A stretch of 64,000 nt of DNA, from the NCBI GenBank assembly GCA_950097015.1, contig CATNEN010000029.1, positions 1,922,001 through 1,986,000 of the forward strand, written 5' to 3'. The notes below the pieces were generated by a model. It was not told where the DNA came from. It made no database searches and saw only the letters and a list, made by a program, of their open reading frames with translations. Each line of letters starts with the position of its first letter. The stretch's first letter is position 1. This DNA is from Macrostomum hystrix (lineage: Eukaryota; Animalia; Platyhelminthes). Positions 1 to 10,686 of this stretch are shown here, one piece after another. Made by a program: the position numbers and the translations under genes.

Positions 1-682
1 ATTGCAATCCGTGGGTCTAGGCGACTAGACTTTAGACAGTTCGCGTGCCAGTGCAGCTTTCAGGCCAGCCAATTTTGGAACTTTCACAACTGCCAAATTG
101 TCCGAGATGTGCAGTTCAGGGCAAGACGGAATCTAGATATAGATTGGGGAAGGGATCACCCGCCCACCGATAAGTTTCAGCACTGAATCGGAACTGGTAA
201 CATGCGGCGACAGTTTCTATAGTCCTAGATCCTGCATCCTCCAGTGCCCTGTCATTCTCTCATTCTCTCTCATTTGCCTATGTATGGGCTTTACCAGAAT
301 CAACTGTTGACAGAGAAGAGACGAGAATCTACAGATAAGCGAGAAGCTTCAGCTATTGTTATGTAAGAATTGAGGCACAAGCCAAGCAAGATGATTTTGA
401 GTACACAGCTCAGAAAGTGGCTGAATTTTCAGGTAAGCAAACACGAGAGTTTGGATTCAGAATGCACAAGCCCAGTACACTGCCAAAGCTCAGTTGCTCA
501 GATGGAAGCAGAAATTGTCACGGCTATTCCTCTCTGTTTTCGTGTGATTTTTTTATAGAAATGTTTCGTGACTTAACATACATGCGCTGTTTGAACTACT
601 ATTCAGTAGGCTAAAATGCTTCGATAAGAAAATTTTTTGCGACAAAGATAAGGCTATGTAAAGTGGGAAAACATGAAACACC

Positions 683-2230
683 GACAAGAAAAGACACAAT
701 CAGACTAGAAAAGACACAATCAGGCTAGAAAAGACACAATCAGAATCTAAAAGACACAAGCTGGATAGAAAAGACACAATCAGGCTAGAAATAACACAAT
801 CAGAATATAAAAGACACAAGCAGACTAGAAAAGACACAAGCAGACTAGAAAAGACACAAGCGGACTAGAAAAGACACAATGAGACTAGAAAAGACACAAT
901 AAGACTAGAAAAGACACAATGAGACTAGAAAAGACACAATAAGACTAGAAAAGACACAATAAGACTAGAAAAGACACAAGCGGACTAGAAAAGACACAAG
1001 CGGACTAGAAAAGACACAATAAGACTAGAAAAGACACAATGAGACTAGAAAAGACACAATGAGACTAGAAAAGACACAATGAGACTAGAAAATACACAAC
1101 AAGACTAGAAAAGACACAATGAGACTAGAAAAGACACAATCAGGCTAGAAAAGACACAATCAGAATCTAAAAGACACAAGCTGGATAGAAAAGACACAAT
1201 CTGGCTAGAAATAACACAATCAGAATATAAAAGACACAAGCAGACTAGAAAAGACACAAGCAGACTAGAAAAGACACAAGCGGACTAGAAAAGACACAAT
1301 GAGACTAGAAAAGACACAATAAGACTAGAAAAGACACAATGAGACTAGAAAAGACACAATAAGACTAGAAAAGACACAATAAGACTAGAAAAGACACAAG
1401 CGGACTAGAAAAGACACAAGCGGACTAGAAAAGACACAATAAGACTAGAAAAGACACAATGAGACTAGAAAAGACACAATGAGACTAGAAAAGACACAAT
1501 GAGACTAGAAAAGACACAACAAGACTAGAAAAGACACAATGAGACTAGAAAAGACACAATGAGACTAGAAAAGACACAATAAGACTAGAAAAGACACAAT
1601 CATGCTAGAAAAGACACAATCAGAATCTTAAAGACACAAGCTGGATAGAAAAGACACAATCAGGCTAGAAATAACACAATCAGAATATAAAAGACACAAG
1701 CAGACAAGAAAAGACACAAGCAGACTAGAAAAGACACAAGCGGACTAGAAAAGACACAATAAGACTAGAAAAGACACAATGAGACTAGAAAAGACACAAT
1801 AAGACTAGAAAAGACACAATGAGACTAGAAAAGACACAATAAGACTAGAAAAGACACAATCATGCTAGAAAAGACACAATCAGAATCTAAAAGACACAAG
1901 CTGGATAGAAAAGACACAATCAGGCTAGAAAAGACACAATAAGACTAGAAAAGACACAATAAGACTAGAAAAGACACAATAAGACTAGAAAAGACACAAT
2001 AAGACTAGAAAAGACACAATAAGACTAGAAAAGACACAATAAGACTAGAAAAGACACAATAAGACTAGAAAAGACACCATAAGACTAGAAAAGACACAAT
2101 GAGACTAGAAAAGACACAATAAGACTAGAAAAGACACAATGAGACTAGAAAAGACACAATAAGACTAGAAAAGACACAATGAGACTAGAAAAGACACAAT
2201 AAGACTAGAAGACACAAGCAGACTAGAAAA
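683..2230. repeat. 20-bp minisatellite (consensus gactagaaaagacacaatga/aa) with a 420-bp higher-order duplication
   Basis: 20-bp periodicity is directly visible; variant blocks at 721, 841, 901, 961 and 1021 recur 420 bp later. Confidence 0.97.
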
Positions 2231-2814
2231 GACACAAGCGGACTAGAAGAGACGGAAGACTGTCAAGTTGAGTCGGCAAACGGACCTTCTCGCCATTGCT
2301 CGCCCTGAAAACGGCCGGGCCCAATGGGATCGACCCGCAGCTCTCTCTCAAGTACTCGGTCTCGAGAAGCGAACCGCTGCCACTTCTCTACCAAGCTGTT
2401 AGCTAGAGCACTTCACATCTCCGACTGTATAGATTTTCTTCTTGAAGGAGAAGCGAGCAGGAAATTTTTTTGTTAACATTCGCTGTGTCAAGTGGGTGCA
2501 CTTTATTATTTTAACTTTCCTGGAGTCCTGCACAGCTTAAAATTTGTATATTGAAATGAAATCGGAACTGTTGAAAAAAGCCGTGCTTATAGTTCTAAAA
2601 ATTCGATCATGCTAAATGCTTAATGCTTACTGTCAAAGAAAATGTTTAGCTTGTCAAATACTTCAAAGCTAATTCAAGAATTCAAGCAACCATAGAAAGT
2701 TACAGACAACCGAACACAACCCTACAATTGATACCCAATCAAAAGGAGCACAGGCGAACATTTGCAACCATTTGAAAATTAACAACCTCTAACATTGTTT
2801 GTGCAGACGTGCAC

Positions 2815-3270
2815 TACCTCCTGGTTAACTCCAAGCAACCGTTGATCAACCACAAGAAACCGTTGGTTAACCACAAGAAACCCTTGGTCAGCCAGAAACA
2901 ACCGTTGATCAAACCACAGACAACCCTTCATCAACCACAGACAACCCTTCATCAACCACAGACAACTGTTGATCAGACCACAGACAACCGTTGATCAAAC
3001 CACAGACAACCCTTCATCAACCACAGACAACTGTTGATCAGACCACAGACAACCGTTGATCAAACCACAGACAACCCTTCATCAACCACAGACAACTGTT
3101 GATCAGACCACAGACAACCGTTGATCAAACCACAGACAACCCTTCATCAACCACAGACAACCCTTCATCAAACACAGACAACCCTTCATCAACCACAGAC
3201 AACCCATCATCAACCACAGACAACCCTTCATCAACCACAGACAACCCTTCATCAACCACAGATAATCGTT
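2815..3270. repeat. ~21-bp minisatellite (caaccacagacaacccttcat) with variant units
   Basis: Directly visible tandem units; these explain the PQTTLHQ and TTDNPSS ORFs. Confidence 0.93.
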
Positions 3271-3944
3271 GGTCAACCACAGGCGAATCACGGGCAACCG
3301 TTTATATTCAAATTAAAATTCCAATTCAAATTCAACTGGCAAAAAATCTGCAAATATGATCGTTTTAAGAAAAGAAGCGAACTTTCTTCGTCCAGGCCTC
3401 CTCGCTGATATTTAGCGAGAAGACTTTGTCTCCCCCCTGGGACACTGGCAGGTTCGAGATAAGCGTAGTTGATGAGGCTAGCTATTTACTAGTTTAGAGT
3501 TGGATCAGTAGCAGAATTGGGACACTGCAGCAGCTAGCCGGATCGCCATCGTCTAGCATTTTATAATGGTCAGCAGGCTGAAGAATCCCGGCCGCCTCAT
3601 TCTATTGGTTCATCGCGGAGACAGCTGTGAGCTTGAGGCACAGGGCCTCTTCTAAGAAACTTGATCTGCGCCTTGCGTCATGTAGGAGTACTTTAACGCC
3701 TTGAGTAGTTGAGGGCCTGCATCTCCGTTTCTCTGTTTCTGCTGAGCTGGGGACACGTCGAAGATAATTGATTTTTTTCTTTCTCTGCTTTGCTTTCTGC
3801 TCAACTGTTGAACGCATTGAGTTTTTGAGTCTCATAGAACGGGATGCACAATCTACTGAAGATTTTATGCTCTGAAGCATTCTTGCTGTCAAGAAATAGA
3901 AATCACGAATTATCCATATGTTCTGCAGCATCTACCTCGATACA

Positions 3945-4145
3945 TCAGCATTCACCTCACTCCTTTAGCATCCAGCTTACTCCTTCAGCAGCCACCTCAC
4001 TCATTTAGCATCCACCTCACTCCATCGGCATCCACCCCACTCCATCAGCATCCACCTCACTCCATCAGCATCCACCCCACTCCATCGGCATCCACCCCAC
4101 TCCATCAGCATCCACCTCACTCCTTCAGCATCCACACTCCTTCAG
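3945..4145. repeat. 20-bp minisatellite (catccacctcactccatcag)
   Basis: About 10 tandem degenerate units. Confidence 0.9.
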
Positions 4146-5124
4146 TGGGAGTGAAGTCTTTTTTCTGCTCTGTCAAAAACAAATATTGTCTCGCGGCCAC
4201 TCAATAGTCCATCTGTGGCCTGGACCAGGACCTTTGGTCCGCATTCCAGCGGCGCTGAAGCACTCGGCAGAGCCTGCGACGGAATAACAAAGGAGAGACT
4301 CAATGCTTAACTGTCTCACTTTCTTACAATTTCTCTGCTTATTTGTCTTAATCTAATGTAGCTTGTAATTAATCTACTTGAAGTATAAACTAATATTACA
4401 GCAGCCAAACTCAAACTTAACCAGATCAAGATTTACGAATATTTATACAATACGAGTTTAATGTTAGAAGAGAAATCGCCGCTAACCAGACAGGAAAACA
4501 GTTAGCTTTATGCACCAAATCCACACGACACGACACTTTGGCTTCAGGATTGTACTTTTCCAGCTTATACAATTCAAGTGTTATTGATTATTAAAATCTA
4601 TCAAATCTAGTTAGAGTTAAACTAAAAACCAAATTAGGGTGGACGCTGTACACTCGAATACCAATCAGTTGGTTATTTATTAGGGGCAGAACATTCAGCG
4701 TCTGGGTGGCTGGGAGTGACGCACACGACAAGCCGCATAGTGCGAATCAGACACACCTTGGTAGCAATCTCTCTCATCTACTCAATTATGTGTGCTACAA
4801 TGCAGCGGAAGCAGCGGCCGAAGCATCCGCTTCACCCAGACAAGCGGGCTTGGATGAAGTTAAAAGCGTATATGGCGTGATTAATGCCGCAATATTTTTT
4901 TAAGTCCAGATTGAAAACATCAAAGTTCAACAACAAAAGTCTGCCACAATATACTTTATAGTGTAACAAAAGCTTTACCTTATTTAATGGAACTTCAAAA
5001 GTAAGAAAGAATTGACACCTTGTTGAGACCCATATTAAACTGAAATTTACCTTATGGTAGCTCAAGGAAGTTCAGTTCAAGCAAATCTGTACATCAGTGT
5101 TTAGAGCCTTGAAGCTCTAAAGCT

Positions 5125-5185
5125 TAAGATAGGTCGGGAGTTCGAATCTCAGCCTAAAGGAGACTATTTGTGTCCTTGAGCAAAA
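5125..5185 (+). mobile_element. truncated tRNA-derived SINE head (family B, CORE-like)
   Basis: B box gggagttcgaatctc followed by ttgtgtccttgagcaa, the same motif as in the 36070-36370 copy. Confidence 0.6.
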
Positions 5186-5215
5186 TCGATCCAAAATCGA
5201 TCCCCCAAATATGGA

Positions 5216-5230
5216 GTTTGCCGACCCCTG
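5216..5230 (-). mobile_element. solo hAT-type terminal inverted repeat
   Basis: gtttgccgacccctg is the reverse complement of CAGGGGTCGGCAAAC, a typical hAT/Charlie-like terminus. No partner end was found. Confidence 0.45.
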
Positions 5231-5486
5231 CTATTAGACATAGGGAATCACTACTCAAAGTGAGAACTGTTTATGGTCTTGTTAAGCTGCTAAAATAACG
5301 TTTTTTAATTTGATCCCCAAACCAAATTTGCATAATTTTAGCTGCTAAAAGTGCAATAACAAAAACACGCGCAGAATGAAAGAGCGAGCCTATAAGCTGT
5401 CAAAATGCTTTGCCAGAAGTGCTGAAGGCACTGGGCGGAATAGTCCCAGTTTGCCACCATCGATGCAACACATGCATTATTAAAGG

Positions 5487-6017
5487 CAAACTGCATTACG
5501 ATGCCAATGGACAGCCAGCCTAAGAGCTGCTACTGGGAGCTAGAACTCCTGCATTCCTATAACCAACCTCCCTTTCAGATGCTTCAAGAAAACTTAAAGA
5601 CAAACTGCATTACGATGCCAATGGACAGCCAGCCTAAGAGCTGCTACTGGGAGCTAGAACTCCTGCATTCCTATAACCAACCTCCCTTTCAGATGCTTCA
5701 AGAAAACTTAAAGACAAACTGCATTACGATGCCAATGGACAGCCAGCCTAAGAGCTGCTACTGGGAGCTATAGAACTCCTGCATTCCTATAACCAACCTC
5801 CCTTTCAGATGCTTCAAGAAAACTTAAAGACAAACTGCATTACGATGCCAATGGACAGCCAGCCTAAGAGCTGCTACTGGGAGCTAGAACTCCTGCATTC
5901 CTATAACCAACCTCCCTTTCAGATGCTTCAAGAAAACTTAAAGACAAACTGCATTACGATGCCAATGGACAGCCAGCCTAAGAGCTGCTACTGGGAGCTA
6001 GAACTCCTGCATTCCTA
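5487..6017. repeat. 114-bp tandem repeat, ~4.7 near-identical copies
   Basis: Unit starts at 5487, 5601, 5715, 5831 and 5945; one copy has a 2-bp insertion that breaks the 38-aa repeat ORF. Confidence 0.97.
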
Positions 6018-6857
6018 TTTGTGGAGACAATAGAGACTAAAAATCCCATAGCATACCATGTGAAAGTGTATAAAAGTTCATTAGGTATTATGACTGTGCT
6101 GCATCATATGCTTATGACTGTGGTAGCCAAGTCTCAAGTAAGCTGAGAGTGACCAATCTGCTCATACAACCGCCTGGCCTGCATGTCTCCAGGGGCTACC
6201 AGTCTCTCGCTGAAAATGTCATTCCACTCTCTCACTCTCTTTAGTCCTGTTTCGCCCAATCCAACTGCCCAATCCGATGCTTCTGCTGAACTTCTGCGTG
6301 AGACAGAAGAGAATGACAATAAATAGCTTTTAGCAAAAGTGCACCTGTGAGCTCGAGTTACTCTTTGAAAATTTGGTCGTTTGAAAACTATTCTGAGTAT
6401 CAATGACGACACCGAGCAAGCAGCGTCGCGCCGTTGGAATTATTTTTGCGTGTTGATCATATTCCACTCGACTGGGCCCGCATCTGGGACACAGCCAAAG
6501 TAGATCAAGTGCCCAGATAGACACAGATACACAAGATAGTGACACTGCGTGGACTATGGCAAATGGGATTAGGAATTCGGGAAGAGCTGCTCAAGCTTGG
6601 ACTCAGCTGGCGCTAATGCCGGCGCGGCACCGCCTCCAGATTAGTCATCACCGACGGACCATATCGCATTGTAATGAGCGGGATTGCTCCCGTCAGTCTT
6701 TGTAATAGAGTGGAAGAAGCCTGCTGCTGCTCCTGCTGCAACTCGTACAAGCAGCTTGTTTCTACTGAGATTATTTGATCATAGTCTGGTGGTCTCTCCA
6801 ATCAACACTGCAGGAACACAAAATCTCACCAACCCTGACCCATTTTAACCGATTTAT

Positions 6858-7015
6858 CAGACTGACTCTGACCCACGCGCTGACCTACTCTGAATCCTCA
6901 GACTGACTCTGACCCACGCGCTGACCTACTCTGAATCCTCAGACTGACTCTGACCTACGCGCTGACCTACTCTGAATCCTCAGACTGACTCTGACCCACG
7001 CGCTGACCTACTTTG
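6858..7015. repeat. 41-bp tandem repeat, ~4 copies
   Basis: cagactgactctgacc starts at 6858, 6899, 6940 and 6981. Confidence 0.95.
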
Positions 7016-7554
7016 ACTGTTATTTTCTCTTCTCATACTGGCTAATTTCGACTTATTTGGAACTAAATTGATCCACTTGGGTCAGAAATTAAACTCCTAT
7101 TCTATTCTGTGTTTCATTCATACTCGATCGACACATTTAAACGGTACTTTTGATGAATGACAAATGGTAATCTTCATTGCTAATATTCAGAGATAATATT
7201 TTTATATAAACTATGTTTCAAAGCCGAACTAGATATTTCTAAGAAGCATGGGTTGAAGACGCCATGGGTCAGGTGAAATCCTATCCAAAAGCTAATCTAC
7301 CGCATCTTCCGACTAATTAGTTGCTTTCGCCAGAAGCAAGAAGCCTGCAACTTTTATGAGAGCATAGATAATTAGCGCTATAGTTTTGTTAGCCTGCCGC
7401 ACAAATGAAACGCGAAAACAGGCCGAGGAAATCTTAATAAAAATGGCGAAGAAAGAAAGAAATATATAAATAAATTATATAGACATAAAAATCTATGCTT
7501 TATTGAATTTATCACCGAATTACCGCAGACTAAATCTTGGCCAGCGATCACATA

Positions 7555-7960
7555 TTTACCATAAACTAAATATAGGGCAGTTATCGCCGAATTACCATAT
7601 ACTGATTCTAGGGCAGTTATCACCGAATTACCATAGACTGAATTCTAGGGCAGTTATCGCCGAATTACCATAGACTGATTCTAGGGCAGTTATCGCCAAA
7701 TTACCATAGACTGAATCTATGACAGTTATCAATTACCTGCATAGACTGAATCTAGGGCAGTTATCAATTACCATAGACTGAATCTAGGGCAGTTATCAAT
7801 TACCATAGACTGAATCTATAGGGCAGTTATAGCCGAATTACCATAGACTGAATCTAGGACAGTTATCAATTACCTGCATAGACTGAATCTAGGGCAGTTA
7901 TCAATTACCATAGACTGAATCTAGGGCAGTTATCGCTGAATTACCATAGACTAAATCTAG
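7555..7960. repeat. degenerate ~31-35-bp minisatellite (tagggcagttatcgccgaattaccatagactgaatc)
   Basis: About 12 visible units. Confidence 0.9.
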
Positions 7961-9874
7961 GGAAGCTGTTGCAGAACTATCATCCAGATTGTAATACGAT
8001 AGATCGAATCTTGATTGATCTTGAATCTCTGATATGACATAATAACAAAAGCATAGCAGATAGTCGTTCAACAAACCTTGATTGAAGATGTTGCTAAGTT
8101 GGTGCAGTTCACATTAAACAAAGCTAGCACGCTTATATTATACTTATTTATTGATTGATTTTTATTAAAAATGATCAATAGAGTGGCACAGATGTCATTT
8201 AGTCGATCCAGCTATAAATTACAACTAAAAAGTCTGACAACTTTATTCAGCCTTTTTTCTTTGATATTTTTCCTCTCTGTATAAGTTCAATTCTGCCTGC
8301 ATATAGCCTTTCTGATTTGACTGACAACCTGCTATAAGGCTATAGGCTGCAAACGGAGTGAGTGCTGGACGGACTAATCCTATTGGACCTGGCGGCCAAT
8401 GAGAGGGGATCCCAATTTTAAGTGACTAAGGGGACGAAAATATGAAAGCATATATATGCGTGTATGCGTGGATTATAGCATTTCTATAATTCTGTGTTTT
8501 TTTATTTTTATTTCCCATAACCAGAGAGGGGATTTTATTATTTTTTTAAATATATATCTACTACTGCATGCATATTATTCAAGTAATGAAATCATTGTTG
8601 CAGGCTAAATAGTATTGTCTAATATATTAATAATAGCCATTAGCATACCAAGAATTTGTACTATAAGGCTAATGGAAAGTGGAATCCAATCAGAAAATGA
8701 GAATAGATTTCGCTTTCCCTACTTAAATCTAATAAAGTTGTCTGTCTCCTTCACTACTAATAGTACTACTATATTATGATATGAATATATAAAAAGTGGG
8801 CACCCACGTTTTTTTCCGTTGCATTGAATTTATTGAGCCCCGTCTGCACTCCAAAGCATACAACGCGTGTTTATAACTGCGAAACGTGTGCAAATGACCG
8901 ACCGGGATAACGTTTTGTGTATCAACGCAGGGCATTGTGCATGGGATCAGGATGCGATCCCCTCCACCCGCTGAGTTGAAATGTGATTATAATAGTTTTT
9001 AGCATCGCTTGTGTGAGGAGGGGAAGTTGAAAGGTGGGTGAGAGGTAGAAAGGGGGAGCTGAAGTATTGGGATCTGGAATTCTACGACTTTGGACTCGCG
9101 CACCATTGGTTATACTTAGAGACGCATTGGCTTAGGGTTTGGGCATAGAAAAACTATTTTCTGTCCCGCATGTGCGCGCAGCAATATATAACAAGCTAGC
9201 TGAGTAGTGCAAGGAAAGAGAAGGTAAATCAATAGTGTTTTTAGAGAAGACGCCTGGACATGACACCAAAGTGCCTGCCCAAAACTTGCCAGCAGGATTT
9301 TGCAAGTAGTGGGACTGGGCAAGCAGCAGTCGTGCTAGATTTCAATAGGAAGTATTTTTTACTGAAACTTTTACTTTCATCCTGGACCTTGAGTATTGCA
9401 AGTTGCAACAAGAGGCAAGAATTGAAATTAATTTGTAGATAAAAGCTTAATTGATAAATTGATGCATGATGCATATTTTCTAGGACGACTACTAACAGTA
9501 GGTATTGGTGGATGGGAAAAGTTTACAAATTAGTCCTTAAGAAGTTAAGTCGAGACTGGGTCATAATTTTAATAAGTATTTAATTATTGGTTTTTAAAGA
9601 ACTATGAGGATTTTGAATTCTTAAACGATTTTAAAAGCGGCTGTTGGATAATTTTAGAGTTTTATCTACTCGTACGAGTGCATCTAAAGAGAACACACAC
9701 TCATAAACTAGCCTAACCTAGTAAATTTTAAGGCTACCATAAATAAGTTTGTCATAACTACATTTTCCACATGTATGATTTGATTTTGTTTACATATTTT
9801 AATATGAATGCTTACAATCGTGAGAAAGTTAAGTAGAGAAAGAATCGCAGACTTTCGCATCAAAGAGATTTGGT

Positions 9875-9890
9875 GGCCCTGAAAAGGGCC
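9875..9890 (-). terminator. canonical histone 3' stem-loop of H2A.X
   Basis: The minus strand reads AAAAC-GGCCCTTTTCAGGGCC-ACCAAA, about 40 nt after the stop codon, matching the SLBP-binding consensus. Confidence 0.95.
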
Positions 9891-9931
9891 GTTTTAGCGT
9901 TCAGAATAAAACTAGCAGTTAAAACAGCTGT

Positions 9932-10357
9932 TTAAAACTCCTGGCTGGGGCCAGCCTTCTTGCCGCTGCTTGGTTTGCTGCTAACAGAAGTGTTTCCACT
10001 CTTCTTCGGCAGCAGAACAGCCTGGATGTTAGGCAGGACACCACCCTGAGCGATAGTAACGCCGCTCAGCAGCTTGTTCAGCTCCTCATCGTTGCGAATG
10101 GCGAGCTGCAAGTGCCTCGGGATGATGCGAGTTTTCTTGTTGTCGCGAGCAGCGTTGCCGGCGAGCTCCAGCACTTCGGCAGCTAGGTACTCCAGGACGG
10201 CGGCCAAGTAGACTGGAGCGCCAGCGCCGACGCGCTCAGCGTAATTGCCCTTGCGCAGAAGACGGTGGATGCGACCAACAGGGAACTGAAGGCCAGCGCG
10301 AGACGAGCGGGTCTTGGCCTTGGCCTTCGCCTTGCCTCCCTTACCACGACCGGACAT
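9932..10357 (-). CDS. H2AX: histone H2A.X variant (intronless, 141 aa, C-terminal SQEF)
   Basis: Typical H2A core ([28 protein letters not shown]...LLPKK) plus an extended tail ending in the SQ-E-hydrophobic phosphorylation motif. Confidence 0.96.
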   Translation of the reverse strand: MSGRGKGGKAKAKAKTRSSRAGLQFPVGRIHRLLRKGNYAERVGAGAPVYLAAVLEYLAAEVLELAGNAARDNKKTRIIPRHLQLAIRNDEELNKLLSGVTIAQGGVLPNIQAVLLPKKSGNTSVSSKPSSGKKAGPSQEF

Positions 10358-10438
10358 CTTAGATGAGTTGTAGAGACGAGAGTTAAGCGCAAAGATGCGA
10401 GAGCAATTGTATAGAGAGCAGGTTGTGGAAAGGGTATT

Positions 10439-10490
10439 GATATTTATTCGTCAGCGCCAGCCAATGGGAGGGCAGCGCCATATAAAAAAA
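10439..10490. promoter_or_regulatory. histone-type, possibly bidirectional promoter (TATA-like on -, CCAAT, TATAAA on +)
   Basis: tatttatt at 10441 (AATAAATA on the minus strand, ~85 bp above the ATG), CCAAT at 10461 and TATAAAA at 10481 on the plus strand. Confidence 0.55.
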
Positions 10491-10670
10491 TTATCGATCG
10501 CTAGGTTTTTTATCTTTCAATACTATAGTCGTCAATTTCGCGTGTACATTTCTTATGAAATTGAGATATCTTGTGAACGGACTTAAACACAAAAATTATC
10601 ATTAAGTTATAATGTACACTGCGTGTTATATTTAATTGGCTGAAGACAATGAGGCAATAGGGGGTCAAAC

Positions 10671-10686
10671 GGCCCTTTTCAGGGCA
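10671..10686 (+). other. orphan histone-type stem-loop
   Basis: AAAC-GGCCCTTTTCAGGGC-ACACA matches the H2A.X stem-loop at 15 of 16 positions with similar flanks, but lies on the opposite strand with no histone ORF upstream. Confidence 0.75.

Noticed and set aside
2302-2316. Third histone stem-loop-like sequence (GGCCGTTTTCAGGGC on the minus strand)
   Set aside because: Two stem mismatches, non-histone flanks and no promoter or histone context.
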